A stretch of 64,000 nt of DNA from NCBI RefSeq assembly GCF_009914755.1, contig NC_060925.1. One strand, 5' to 3'. Shown here in pieces: positions 15,060-30,272 of this stretch (its first letter is position 1; every line of letters starts with the position of its first letter). The stretch comes from the human T2T-CHM13v2.0 reference genome, Homo sapiens. Under the pieces are notes generated by a model. That model saw only the letters and a list, made by a program, of their open reading frames with translations, searched no databases and was not told where the DNA came from. The position numbers were made by a program, and so were the translations under genes.

Positions 15060-15580
15060 AATAGATTAATAATCATAATATAGTATAGACAACTTATTTT
15101 TTAAGTTAATATAAATGAATTTTTAAAATCCTATTGTATGCTCTTTATAAGAGATACATGTAAATTATAAATACAAAGAAAAGTTTTAAAAAGTTGTATA
15201 AAAGTTATATCAGTGCAATATTAAACAAAAAATATGTTGGTTTATCAGTATCAAATATTTAGAATATAAAGCAAAAAAAAAATCCTAAGGAAAAGTAAGG
15301 TCACTGAACAATGACTTCAAATATATTGTAGAAAAAAAGAAATAGAATTTGATGAATATACCATTGAAGTGCACACAATTAAAAGCATTTTTGTAATTAA
15401 TAGATCAAGTAGTCAAATTTAATAGAGATAAAGATTTAAACAAAGCAACCAATAAACAAAATCTAGCAGATATACATAGAGAACTCTACTGAAGATTTTA
15501 ATAGTATATGTTTTCTCGGATGTACACATAAAACATTGATTAAAATTTACTAAATTCCCAGTCTCAAATTATTGGTATTA
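15060..15580 (+). mobile_element. Ancient L1 (L1ME-like) ORF2 endonuclease-region remnant
   Basis: tatgctctttataagagatacatgtaaattataaatacaaagaaaag...aatattaaacaaaaa...aatctagcagatatacatagagaactctac. Confidence 0.6.
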
Positions 15581-16129
15581 GACCATGAGTTATCATGTCC
15601 TATGGGTCTGAGAAGACCCTATAGTGTCAGAAATGAGAAAGATATTTTAAATAATGCACTTGGAAATAGAATAAATGGGTAAATGAAGCTTACTACCTTC
15701 AATCAGTATTTTGCTTACTGATATATTTTCACTTCATCCCTTTATGCTGCCCTTGCGCGTGGTGGTATGAATATGCGACTTTAGTCCTCTAATGTTTAGA
15801 TCACTATACTGGTATCAGGTAATTATATATAGTTTCATTGGAAAGTACTCAGGGTAAAATGTCTCATTTTGATGCAAAAATTCATTTTGTTTAGTCGCTC
15901 CATTAGTAGCTGGGATTGATCAGAAGGAAAACATATAGCATGGGTTGGTTGAGGCTAATAACTTTACCTCTGTTTTATGTTTCGATCTTTCACTCTACTA
16001 CAGGTTACTACCTTTATTTCTTAAATTTAAACTGCCCAAAAGATATTTATCTTCCCCCCACAAACTTGTTCATCCTCTTCTTTTTGGTCCCCCTCTGTCA
16101 GTGAGTGGAATTGCATATACCCAGAAAAA

Positions 16130-16517
16130 TGCAAACATAAAGAAGCAGGGAATAGAATAGTGGTTAGGGGCTGGAGGGAAAATGAGAAGATCTAGATCAA
16201 AGGGTACAGCAAACATTCAGTTATAAGATGAATAAGCTCTGGGATCTAATTTATAGCATGGTGACTATAGTTATCAGTACTGTATCATACACTTGAAATT
16301 TGCTAAAACAGTAGATCTTAAAAGCTGTTACAATACACATGCACACACACATACACACACAAAACAATGGCAGCTATGTAAGGTGAGAAATGTGTTAACC
16401 AACTTGATTGACATAATCATTTTACAATGTATACTTATATCAAATAATCATATTGTAGACCTTGAATACATACAATTTTTATTTATTAATTATTCTGCCA
16501 CAAAGCTAGAAAAAAAA
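16130..16517 (+). mobile_element. L1MA9/L1MB-type 3' UTR
   Basis: tcagttataagatgaataagctctgggatctaat...gcatggtgactatagtt...cttgaaatttgctaa...aaagctagaaaaaaaa. Confidence 0.85.
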
Positions 16518-16934
16518 CAGGAAGTATGTTTTCAGCAATATAACCAGAAGGTTCTGTCCTTTGTGGAGTGAGCTCCTGGATTCCACAGATAAATTCCTAA
16601 GATTGCAGATGTGTGTGGGACAAATGATTTGGGTCAGTATGTTTTCTATATTCTAATATCTGAGTAATCATGATATATTAGATTCATATGTAGCAGAACA
16701 AAAGGCAAGATTTATTTTCCAAAAAATTTCTAGATATAAGGAAAAGACTGAAAGTTTATACTTGAAGGCATTTACCCCTTTGAGTTTTGAGTGTATAATT
16801 ACATGGGATGAATACAGGGTGTAACAAAAATATATTTAGCAGATAAGTGGAAGATATGAATCTTGACTAATTGCAATGTGACAGTGGCCAAGCACTCTAT
16901 CATTTTTGTGATTCAATTTTCTCATCCACATGAA

Positions 16935-17075
16935 AAAGTAAGAGAGGAAGAGAAGAAAGAAGGTTGAAAAAGAAGAGGGAGAGAAACAGGGAAGAAGGAA
17001 GGATGAATGGAGAAAATAAAGGAAGAAAGGAAAAAAGGCAGGCAGATAGGCGGTCAGTCAAGAGGGAAGGGGGGA
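16935..17075. repeat. GA-rich low-complexity tract
   Basis: Nearly all-purine run. Confidence 0.8.
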
Positions 17076-18065
17076 TTTGACTTTAGATTGGCTCTAAATT
17101 TATATATTACTCTGAGTGAGGAAGATGGTTTACTTGGAACTGAAATGATAGATGTGTAGTTTTGGAGATTGGTAGGGATTTTAGAAAGCTTTGAGGCAGA
17201 GGTGTATATTTTAGTTGTGGAGTTTCAGGAAATGGGGTCCCTGAAGTCTCAAGAAGTAGGTGGTGGGGTCAAATCAGTTACTAATTACAGAAAACGAAAC
17301 AAAGCAGAGGATGCTTGGAGGCACTGGCAATTTATTAATGTATCAAAACTACATTACTCTATATTCAAAGTACTTTTTTAGGAGCTTTAGAGGTTCAACA
17401 GACACAGGCTCTGATTTAAAGAAGGTTACACCCAGACAGGAAGACAACACACAGTGTCTTCTTAAACTTATAAAAAATCAAATGCAATTGCCAAATATGT
17501 TGTAGAAAATAAATGGTCTGGGATTGCAGAAGAAAAACCACTAATGCCTTTGCTAGAATGAGAGAAGACTTTTGAGGGCACAACGGGTTAGAGACTGAGA
17601 TTTCATAGCAGTTCAGACTGGGCCTCCCTCCCGGCAACTCTCCCTTTCTCTTTCCCTTTCCCTCTCAATTTCTCTAAAAGAGGCTACCTGAAACAATAGA
17701 CCTGGTAAGGGAATAGCGTTAATGCGATCTTTCAGGGAAGGTGGAGTGACTTTGTTTACCTGAGAAATGAAACTAGAAACTGTTGGTCACTGGAGACTTT
17801 TTTCAGTCTTTGTATGGAGCGCAGAAGTAGTTGGATTTCGAAATCTATATGGCCCTTGATCCCTGGAACTTTGTTTCCATTCTTGCCTTATTCTTAAGTA
17901 GCTTGCTTAGACTAGTCAATGGTGGACAATACTGTGGCTCTTCCCAGCCACTTCCCCTAGAGCTCTCGCTCAACATGTAAGGCATGCTTCCAAGTTATCT
18001 CAGACAATTTTCCAGATATTTGTACTGCACAAGGATTGTAGTTGTCCAGCCTCAGATACCAGTTT

Positions 18066-18081
18066 TAGCGCCACCTGCTGC
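18066..18081 (-). promoter_or_regulatory. Candidate CTCF site
   Basis: Minus strand reads GCAGCAGGTGGCGCTA versus the CTCF core CCASYAGRKGGCRSY; unique DNA, CpG retained. Confidence 0.6.
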
Positions 18082-21000
18082 TTAACTGTTTTTTTTGTTA
18101 TAGCAGTACTGCCTTCAGTGACATTTTCTATAATACATCTGGCCAATTTGTGAATCATCTCCGATCCAACTAGCGGGAAAAATCATATGTAAGCAGTATC
18201 TTTGGGGTCATGTCTGAATAAAGTAGACATCCTTTCTGCTACATACTGATGGTTAGGACTGTCACATGGTCATTCATAACTAGAGAGAGGTTGGGAAGTG
18301 AAGTCTAGCTGTGTGCCCAGGAAGAAGGGAAAGTTCATTTTAATGATCCAGCTAGCAATATCTGGGAAATGGAAAGAGTGTTGTGATAGATTGACAATGC
18401 CTGCCACGGGAAAAGGGTTGGTGTGGAAATATTTGTGTCACGTATTTGCCATCCTGGCCATAAACAATGCAATTAGAAACAATTGTTAGCCAAATCTCTT
18501 AAAAGTTTATAAATGATCCGATTTTATTTCAAATACGTTTCCCCAATAATCTCCATCTTTTCTTAACGATCCTCTTCAATAGTGCTTTTAAAACAAATTT
18601 TGGCTAAAACTAGAGCTTAAATTTAAAACAGCCACCAGAGTATCTTTTATAAAAAGCCTAGTTTTAGAACATCCTTCGCTTTAAAATTCTACTGTCTGTT
18701 CTCTAATTCCACAGGGCCCAAATATTTCAGAAGCAATATAATCTTCAGTTTATTTCAAATTTCTAAGCTTTCCCTAGGGCACTTGTCTCTCTATAGGACA
18801 TGAGTAACTAGGAACTTTGGTCTGATGCTATCCACTTGGTTAAAGTTCACAAAGGGGAGAAATTGCCCATGTGGAAACTGCAGTTCCAATACTTGTCGCT
18901 GAACATAAAATAACTCGGGCCTCCAGGGTTAATGGTAACATTAGAATCACTTGAGGCTCAGGTAAGAAAATTGTAATTAAAAAGGAAATAGAGTTTGAGA
19001 TATAGCTGAACTTTATTGTATAAAAGTACAGTGTAGCATTTCCTTCTTAACCTTGGAGCCAAGTCTCTGAACGTGCTGAAGTTTTTGATACCTAGAAAAT
19101 GCCTTGATGAGGGAAGGGGAGAAGGAATCGGGGGGAGTTAAATAGACCACTGTTGGAGTTCTGCCCTGAATTTTTTAGAATAATTAAGCCCTGCTTGCCA
19201 TCTATTTCAAGTTTCTCTACTTTTGTTTCATCTCAGCTCAATTTTCTTCTCATCAGTTCTTGTGCAAGGTGCCTTTGGCTTTAGTTCCTTCACAACTGAT
19301 TGGCATCCATCCCCTTCCCTTTATGGAATATCCCCCCAATTTCTCCATTTAGGAATTTAGCCAATTAAGCAGAGTATCTTTTTTTAATTATTATTAACTA
19401 AAATTGCATGGCCTAGTAGCAGTGTTTTCTTATTCCTTCTCTGTGACAGGCTGAAATAAACATACCACCATCTGATAAAGGTCAGCTTTGAAACACAGCT
19501 GCCTGCTGGGCGTGGAGCGCAGACACAGTGCACCCCAAACCTTTCCTGACTACTAATGCAATTCCAAATCCAATTAAAACCCTTAGCCTCCTCATTGAAT
19601 CCTGAAGTGCTTAGGGAACCAGCCTCTTCAGACATAGCCTAGTGAAGTCTTCTTCCCCTTCCTACTTTCAATCACCACTAACTCTCAGCAGTTGTTTATT
19701 TCTAGGACTAAATTGAAAAGACCTCAACAAAGACATTTTGGAAATGGAAACCCAAGAGCACAGACCTCTCACTTTTCACATATCCACCCGAGTCTTGGTA
19801 TAATAATTCACAACGTGGCACATACAACTTCCTCCCTCAACAGACTCACTAGCTTGGAATCCTAAGTCTGCCAAAGCCTGTTTTGTTTTCCCACTTGCAT
19901 TCACATTGTTTAAATGGAGTGAAGCCCAGGAGAAATTGATTTCTCTTGGTTGCATTATACTTACATGTTTGTCTGATCTCATAGCTATGCTGAGTGCCTA
20001 GCAATATGACAGTTTTAATAAACACCACACAGTTCTGAGTAGGAGGCATGCAATCAGGAAAGGTGGGGACCATTAGCGTACCTGCTTATTAGTCCCTTTG
20101 ACAAGACGGACTTAGGGCACTTGGTATCTTGCACCTGCTACAGATGCTCTGATCCTCAGTAGTGATGTGCTCTTCACCTGAGGACTCAGTTGCAGCAGTG
20201 GTATGCATTTCTCTTTGTTGAGTTTCTATCCCTCCTGATACTTCAGCTCTGCAAAGTACTCAGTGGGCCAGAACCACTCTTTCTTTGTGTTTGTGCACAT
20301 GGTGTTAAGGGATTAAAAAACGGGGAGGAAGATTTACCCTTTAGGAAGTAAAGTGTTGGAAGCTTACACTGCTGCTGAACAGCTTATGACTGCTAAAGGG
20401 GGTTTCCTTTCACTCAGATGGTCTAGGGGCCTGAGAATCACAAATGTGGTTCAAACCCTTGACGCTGTACCTATTCTGGCATCTGTCCTCTCCATGCTAT
20501 TGTTGGTGGCTAATATACAGAGCAACGTCTTTACAAAACATTTACATGTAGGGAAATTTTGCAAAGCACTGAAAGGAGTTTCAAGTCCTCTCAGAAAGTC
20601 CACAGGGTTCAGTGAAAATAGAATCTAATCAACCTGTAAAAATTGAAATCCCACATCTATTGCATGACTTGATTTGATTTGAGGTATCTTCTTTTTGATC
20701 CCCAAGCAATAAAATGAGTTGACTATCTCTCCTGGAACATTATCTGCGCCTGTCTTTGCTTTTCTCGGCCTCCTCTTTATTCTTTGTCTTCTTTCAGGCT
20801 TCTATTTCTGAAATATTACTAATTACTCCTTGGCCTAGGTATAATCCATCTTTACTGTGGTGAGTGGCTTTGCCACTAACTAGAGAGGAAAGGAAAACAG
20901 TCCTTACTGCCTGCCTCCTATTTATGAGGTACTTCTTTGCCCATCCCTTTTTTGTGTCCTTCTTTCCCTAAGTTTCATGATTTCCCCCTTGGCTCCCAGG

Positions 21001-21249
21001 GTTTTATAAAGATTTTGTGAAGAATCATTGCTTAATCAATTAAATTTGTATCAGAGCAGTTTCAGAATTCTGTGTGGTGTTTAGACAGGCATCTCCTGTG
21101 CTCACAACACAACAGTACCATAGGGAAGTTGATGTTTAAGTAAATCTTTCATTAAATGTTTCAAGACTGAGACATCTGTCTCATTCAGCATCTCCAATAA
21201 TAAAAATATTGTATATTCATGCAATATTTAAAAATTCATATGAAAGTGT

Positions 21250-21418
21250 AACTATTATTTAATTTTATCCTAAAAGGTAACCATGGAAAGTAGTATAGCA
21301 CTTTTTCAATTAATTTTTTAACACATGAGAAATTAAAACTTGAAGGATTTTAGTGGCAGAAATGGAATTAGAAGCCAGATCTGATAATATTTGGTCCACC
21401 TTTCCATTATAACACAGT
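21250..21418 (-). mobile_element. MIR fragment
   Basis: acacatgagaaattaaaact...tagtggcagaaatggaattagaagccagatctga...tttccattataacacag. Confidence 0.5.
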
Positions 21419-23338
21419 TGACATAATATCTAAAAATTACAGAGAATCAACAGTGATTATTAGTTTTGATACTATATATAATACTTGCACACATTACATT
21501 AACCTAAATTTGCAATAATTTGTAAAATGTCGATTTTTTCATGTTACATCTGCTTTTGAATTATTAGTTACTTTCTCCATTATACCTTGTCCTATACCAC
21601 CATCAAAAGCATATGTTTAGTATAATATTTTACAATAGGTTTCTTTATGTATTAATACAAACAGACCTTCATTCTGAGAAACTCTGCGCCTGTGTATAAT
21701 GCCAAGCTCACTGGAGGGGTAAAAAAAATTTTTTTTCAGTGAAAAATGTGTGAATACAATATAGAACTCAAAGGAATTTTACTATAGGGAGTCCAAACTT
21801 TCTTACCTACTCAAAAAAAAAATTTCATGGGGATGCTAGGGAACATTGTTTAATGCCACATTCCAGAGGCAATACCCAAAGCAAGGGTTCCTTCTAGCAT
21901 CACGTTAGCACACAGGTTCAATTATGAATATGTGGAGAACATCAGTGAACTGCCCCCAGCTTCTCCTTTGCCTCTCTTCTACAGTCATCTCCCATCTGTA
22001 CATTGTTAATGATCTCTGAGCTCTGTGCTGCTCAACTCTAAGCACGAATGTGATCACAGCCTAAGGAGGGAAAGCCTCATTTGAGTTTGATCTGTTCATT
22101 CAGCAATAGTGGAAGGAAAGGTGTGGAGTGATTTGCCCAACTCTGGAAGCATTTCTGGAGAAGCGTGTTGAAGCCAGCAGACTTAATTTGTTTGACCTTC
22201 AGATTCCATCTTCCTTGAAATTAACCTTTGTTTTTATTCTTTTTCCTTTTTTGTTGTTGTTTTCATGGCCAGTGGTGGTATCTCTTAGAACAGTCAAAAC
22301 TGGTATGCGTATACATGTGGCAATTATGTGTATTTGGGTGTTGTGGTGTATGGTCTGGCATTACATTAATAAAGAGATCCCATGTTGCATAATTCTAAGA
22401 TTTAAGATTACTACTTTGAATGCTTTTAAATTTTTGTCCTGATTTGTGCTCATATATATTCTAGCATACTTCATCTTTCCTATGAGGAGAGATAATGGGA
22501 GGCAATTTCTACATTACTTATCTCTGCTTTAATTACAACATATTGCATGGGAGACATTATTTTCAAATGCTTTCCCTTTTTTCTCAGTCCTGATTGTTTC
22601 TCATCCTAGAGCAAATATTCGCTTAAATGTTGTAAGCCATCTGTAGTTTATAAAACACCTTTAAGCTATTGTTTTAAAGTTTCATACCTTTTAATGTTTT
22701 CCTATTTATTTCCTGCTGATATCAACATATACCCTGCCAAAACCAATCTTTGGTGGATACTAACATATTCCTATTGAACATTTGATCCAGAAAGTTTGCA
22801 TATAATAAGCAGAATGAACATCTGTGAGGGCTAGATAATTTTTAATATTTATGGAGAGTTCATTTCAGTGTTACAATTCTTATGATGAGTTTGGTATTTC
22901 AAGACACAGTGTAGGGTGAGTCCTTGAAGCAGATTGCATCATGGGACAAGTTTGAGAACTGAGTACTAAAATGTTGATTAATTGGGATTTCAACTGTGTA
23001 GGAAAATATTACTTGTAAGAATTTGAACACTGTGAAAAGTACTCATGAATAGGAGTTGATGTCATACATTTTAAAATTGGCATATGCCAAATGCATTACA
23101 GAAAAATGTTTCCACCTTAGAGAGAAAAGTCCACGAATGAAACTTAATGTTTTTACTCAACAAGATGTCTAATGCTTTGGCTAACACTTTGGAAAACAGA
23201 AAAAGTGATAATTGTGGAATTAGAACAACATCTTATTAGTATATTCTCCTGTTCATAAAGTGTTAGTGCCTGGAAACAAGTCACAGGTTCAAGTATAATA
23301 TCAATGCATTATACGGCAAGGAAACTTGTCTGAGGTGG

Positions 23339-23623
23339 TTTTTTTTGGAGTCTCGCTCTGTCACCCAGGCTGGAGTGCAGTGACACAATCTCGGCTCAGT
23401 GCAACCTCAGCCTACCGGATTCAAGCGATTCTCCTGCCTCGGCCTCCTGAGTAGCTGGGAATACAGCCGTGTGCCACCACGCCCGGCTAATTTTTGTAAT
23501 TTTAGTAGAGATGGGTTTTCATCATGTTGTCCAGGCTGGTCTCAAACTTCTGACCTCAAGTGATCCACGCACCTCAGCCTCCTAAAGTGCTTGGACTACA
23601 GGAGTGAGCCACCATGCCCTGCC
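23339..23623 (-). mobile_element. AluS (Sz/Sx-like)
   Basis: Full antisense dimer with ctgacctcaagtgatcc. Confidence 0.95.
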
Positions 23624-24713
23624 CTACTCTGAAGTTTTTGGGTTTTATTGATTTTTTTTTTCCTGTGGGTATTTTAATGTTTTCTAACTCCTCTCCCAGG
23701 TAGTTTCCTCAGGGTCAGATAAAGTGAACTGGTTGGCACAGGAGTTTGCTAAGATAATAAATGTTGTTATCATATACTGATGAATAAATTGCCAATCAGA
23801 TTTAGATTCAGGGATCAGAACAGTATTTAGAGATCGTGTGCTTTCCACCTTCATTAAATTGCACTCTAAATACATTTTAAAAATTCATCTGATGATGTAA
23901 TGTAGTTTGAGGCAGATGCAGGACTGAAATGTAACTCTGTCTCTTAAAGTACCTGAAGCATAGTGAATCTGGGAAATAAGCTTGAAAAATGGCCAAGATG
24001 GGTACAAGTTAATCTGCAATGACTATCCTTGTTTATGGACTACTATTAAGGAGCCTCCACTTTTCTTCACAATCCTCTTATACACATTATGACTTTAGAG
24101 AAAGCCATCCTCCCCGAGTTGTTTACATCGGTAGGCAAAATCCCTTTGTGTCCAAAAACAGTATTCATAGGAAAAAGGGCTTCAGGCTTTTTATTCTGTA
24201 ATTCTCTTCTACCTATCTTTTTCTGCCTCACAATTTCCATTTAGATCCTGAAATCGATACTGAAGATAATTAACCTTAGATCAGAAAAGGCAGCCTCCTC
24301 TTCTCAGCTAGCCGTTGGAAATGGCTTGTTACTTAGCCATTGGAAAATAATGAAAGAAGATATTGGAAGATGGTTGTAGCACCATAATTTTGTGCTGTGT
24401 TGTTTTAAGCTTCCTAAATATATAATTTGATTAATTATTTATTGATCAAAATGATGCTATGAATTTCCTGTGCATATTTCACTTTGGGTCATACAGAAAA
24501 ATATAGTTTATTTCTTATTGGTTTTGGAGGTAATGATCCTGCTGAAGGTATTAATGATACATGGATAGAATTCTTCAGCACAGAAGTGCTGCTGTGTTAT
24601 CCAGAAAATTCTCTAGAACAATAAATATTATAAGCAAATAAGTATCTCACCTCATGGGACCGTGTGGTTTTCTCAACGCCAAACTGAAAAGAATCACTTA
24701 AGAGTTCATCTTT

Positions 24714-25087
<374 letters not shown>

Positions 25088-25139
25088 TTAAAAACCAGCA
25101 CGCTATAAACAATAAGTTGATCAATGTACCCCAATGCTG

Positions 25140-25245
25140 TTTGTGGATCTCTAGGAAGCAGAGACCATTGTCTCTGCAGTGTCAACGTGAACACAAAGAC
25201 TGCCCTATACTTGCTATTTAATAAATTGTTGTTGAATTGATTAAT
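25140..25245 (+). mobile_element. L2 3' fragment
   Basis: gcagagaccattgtct...aataaattgttgttgaattga. Confidence 0.4.
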
Positions 25246-25280
25246 TGATTAGCTAGTTACCCAATAAAAACGAAGCCGTT

Positions 25281-25786
<506 letters not shown>

Positions 25787-26629
25787 TCAAGTAAATAATG
25801 CATCCCAAGTCTATGTAACGTAAACAAATAGAAGCCTTTTAAATGACATGTTTGTTTTCCTACTTCACTTGACCCTGTAAAGACGGTTTAATAATTATGT
25901 TGTACAATGCTTTCTGTCTTTTCAAGGCAACTTAGGATAAGCTATTAGTTTCACATATAATGGAAATTTTCAAAGGTAAAATGTTACATTTAATTGGGCT
26001 AGGGACTTGAGCATAATGTTGCTCTCAAACAAAATGCCAGCGTCCCTCAAGGCATGCTAAGAGATATTATCTATGGGGCACCTTACTGCAAACTTCTGTT
26101 AACCTGGGTCATAAAGACATGAATGAGTTTATATAAAATGTGTTAGGAGTAGTGGGATTATTTTCCTTATTCTTTAAACCTTTATTCTAACTCTAGAACT
26201 TTGAAAAATGCATCATTTATTCTGCTCATTTAACCTTAATCCAGTGAACATAATTTAGCCTTTCTTGGTGACACATTTGGAAATACATAATGTGTGAAAA
26301 CACTGATACGGGCATAGAGGCAGATGGCATGAGCATGTTGTCATCCATCATTCAGCCTTCTTTTTAGACCATGCCCCTTACCACTCTGCTGAACTGTTGT
26401 TGTGGCCACATGGCCTCTGGGTGTGAGACTTTTTGATGTGTAGATTACCCACATACACAATAAACACGCAAATAACCAAACACATATGCTTGATGGATGG
26501 AGATGTTTTTCAAGTGTTACAATATGGAGAGGTACATCACTACATTTTTCTTCCCTACCTCTCTTACTCTTTGTTGAGCTATTCCAGTTTCATTCTGCCA
26601 CTTGGTCTTCCTTCATATTTATAAAAACT

Positions 26630-26736
26630 AATTTAATTCAATAAATTTTGATAAACACCTTCCATATGTCAAGTACTAGAGTAAGTGTTGAGTATGGATA
26701 ATGCCTGTTTCTGCCCTTAATGAATTCACAATCTAC
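26630..26736 (-). mobile_element. L2 3' fragment
   Basis: attcaataaattttgataaacacct...tgtcaagtact...ctgcccttaatgaattcacaatcta. Confidence 0.5.
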
Positions 26737-29729
26737 CATAGTTTACAAGTACATGGCTGCTAGTTCAGAGAGCTGTGACCTTCACAATTTTAAAGATACT
26801 GAATTACCAGGTATGCATTTTTGTTTCCCTAACACTGAAACCTACTGGCAATTGCTATTTATAAGCATACTTGCACCATTATTACACAGCTTTGAAGAAA
26901 GTGAAATACTCCTTGTTCCCATATCTCTGTCAAAAATGGAAAAATAAAAGATAGGCCACAAGAAAAATGAGAAAGCATGTTTATTTGTAGGAGAAAATAA
27001 TATTCTTATGAATTTAAATGACAAACAAGTGTTTCAAGACCATGACTTAAATCATCTCACCTTCCACCCTCACAGGTTATTTATCTGCCCCATAGGCATT
27101 TGGGTTTGTGATTATATATCTGCGGCTTACTTGCTACTTCTAACTTCCGCCAACAATTCTGCCACAAATTATTTATAAGCTTGGATATCTGCTTTCTTCA
27201 CTTTTTAAAACTACTACTCTTTTTTGTATCTTCTTTCTTTTAACTTTCTAGTATTTCCTTTGAAAGAGCTGAATTTTCAAAAATGTCATTAGCCAGTGAG
27301 AATACTTCTTTCCCTGGTGGACAAACTAATGATAGCATCTTTGCTGTAACCCCTTTTATTTCCATAATTATCATTTTTACAATGTTTTGCTTAGATCGGT
27401 TACCAGGTTACATATAGTGAAAAAAACAAAATTCTTTTTAGTTTTTTTCATTTGTTTGAGTTCTTCAATTCAAAAAAGATCATATCATTAGGTAATGTGG
27501 TCACATTTTATGTTCTACCCAATGAAATGGTTATAGGAATAACCATTTTATGTATGAAAATTCATGTTTTAATGAAATAGTTTACATTTTGCCTATAGTT
27601 CTTTCTCCCTATATGTTTTTGTCCCAGTGTGTTTCAATGCTTTCACTCCTTAACAGCTCCTTTCTAAATTTCCATATTATAAAGATGTAAAAACAGCTGT
27701 TGTATTGAGTCTTCATAAATGCAATCTGACCCTAACGAACAGGAGAAATTAGAAAGGGCTGCTTATAGACACATTCAGAACATCTATTTAATCAGTGACA
27801 ATGAAACATATAATTAACTTTAAAAGGAAACAGCAACATAACAGTGCACTTTGAAGGACAAAGCCTTCATGACATCTCTCCTCTAGCTGAACACAAAGTT
27901 AAACACCCACACGTACACAAAAATAGCTGTCTATAAAGTGCCATCTGTGATGCTTAATATTTTGGAGGTGGGTGCGGGGGCAGTGGGGAAAACTTATGTG
28001 AGGTAAACCAACATGTGTTAGACATCAGCAAAAGATGAGGCAGTCAGAAACATAAGCCTTAACCGCAAGTCCTATAGTATAAACAGCAATAACATTAACA
28101 GTTACCCAAACAAAGAAAACATAAAGAAATCTTTCCATAAACACAAAACAAAAATGTGTTCAGACAAATGTATTTCTGTAGTGTCTGGAAAGCAAGGTTG
28201 TTTAGTATTGCTGTAATTATCACAATTACCATTTTCCTGGGAGTGAGAAGGTTGTTTTTGTTTTCTTAAGTTATTGTAATTGCACATTAGTGAGTAAAGA
28301 CAGTCCCCTTAGGTAAACACCAATCTCATCTTGTGTGTGTAAACATAGATTAAGGCATTTTAATAAGTTCATTCATTATCCAGTTGAATAGGGAACTTGC
28401 TGTACCTGTTTGAACAGAATGAAGAGAATAATGCATTTGATATTGCAAAGGTGCTGGATAACTAGAACGGGCAGTATGGAAATGTTCCATTTGTAGGCTC
28501 TATTTAGAATGAGCTTCTGAAAAAGAGCCGTAGTCTGAATCAAACTACAAGTGTCATGGTTCTCTCTAGTCTTATAAACAAACTAAATTTGATCTCTTGC
28601 TTCAAGATTTTCATTTCTCATATTTGAAGGAAAGAAAAGCATTGATATGTCATTAAGAGTGGGGGTCACCCTTGATGAAATGTGATGTTTGGGAGCAACT
28701 CATCTAACTTATTTATGTTTAAAAATAATGAGCTACAGAAATTCGTTGCAATCATCTTGAACCAAAAGGCTACCATGACCTAGATGATTAGGCATATTTC
28801 CTATGGATATAGGATCCGAAGAAGGCATAGACAGGGAAAGGCTGCTTATGCCAAAAAAAATGATACATATGCCTAAAAGCAAAAGTGAAGAAAGAGGGAA
28901 AAATTGTGGATGGTTGTTCTTGTTTAAAAACGTTCTAAAAGATTTTAGTAATGAGACTGGGGACATAAAAGAATTGAAGTATAGTGCTAAGTCATGAAAG
29001 ACAAACTTTGAGATGAAAAGAATCTAGAGTTGAAAATAAAAACAAGATTCTTACTTTTTCTTTCCTTTACATGCCTTTGAAATTCAGAGCAGTGCTCTGG
29101 TGGACAGGAATATTAACAATTGGAATGCAAACTGAGTTGGTATAATAAGAAATATCAAAACTTTCATTTTAGTAATCAGACTCGAGTCACAGAGGACAGC
29201 CCTGCTTGAAGCCCATTAACACATCATAATAACAACCACCTGATGTAATGAAAACAAATGAATTCCAAAGAAATAGAAAATGTAAGAGTGGGTCATTATT
29301 GCACACACTAATGAGGAACAGACTTTACCTGTTGTCTTGGGTTCCAAAGACATTTTTCAGTCCACCGAGGGCATTTACAGCAGGAAAAATTTCATTCTTG
29401 TTTGGAAATTCTCTTTGGAACATCTTACGGGACAATTTTCTTGTCTTCAGCCTTTTTGTTTCAATTTTGCTACCTAAAATTTCTCTCTGTTGCTCATTAC
29501 TTTATTTATAATTTTATAGAAAACAAGGATGTGAGAGATCAGGGAGAGAAAAAGCAAAGAGCTTAAAACATTATTGTTCTAAGTCAAATAGCTCAAATAA
29601 TCAAGACATAAAATATCAGAAAGGACTTTACTCTTATTTATCACATTCCATTTCCTAGATTTTTTTTTTTGTCATTACTAATGACAACCATTCCTGGCAC
29701 AGTGTTTCAGAAAGGGATGAGTGCAAACC

Positions 29730-29890
29730 TTGGAATTTGTGTGGCTTTTGGTAACTTGGGATTCTAATCTGTTATATGGGGTAAATAATGACAGTTCATG
29801 CTTTAATTCCATGTTGGTTATGAGGATCAAATTGTATGTCTTCCTACACATCTCTGCCCAGCTCCTGACACCATAGGTAGTTTAAAGCAA
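29730..29890 (+). mobile_element. MIR fragment
   Basis: atctgttatatgggg...ggttatgaggatcaaat...cctgacac. Confidence 0.4.
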
Positions 29891-30174
29891 TTTACACATC
29901 AACAGCTTCAAAGTCCCCCTACCGTCTCTCCTTCTTTTCTCAAACCAGCTCCAACACCACCCCTCACCATCCACCCTGGAGACAACTTCATAATATTACA
30001 ATTTAGAGTTTGTCTTTCTCCCAATCTCTGAGCCATTACCCAGCCACTTCTCAGCTGAGAAAAATTGGCACATATGTGACATATTCCCATTGTATTTTGG
30101 GCTAAGATATAGGCAAAGTAGGCTAGAGTAATGCACATTTCTTCTCAACTAGTTGCAATTTGACTCTTTTCTTT

Positions 30175-30272
30175 TGTAGGAATAATCTTGTTTTAGGATT
30201 CTTTGTGCCTAGATCAGTGCCTGGAACCTAGTAGATGCTCAAAAGTTTGTGTAATAAATAAAACTGAATGAT
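30175..30272 (+). mobile_element. L2 3' end
   Basis: gtgcctagatcagtgcctggaacctagtagatgctcaaaagtttgt. Confidence 0.65.
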
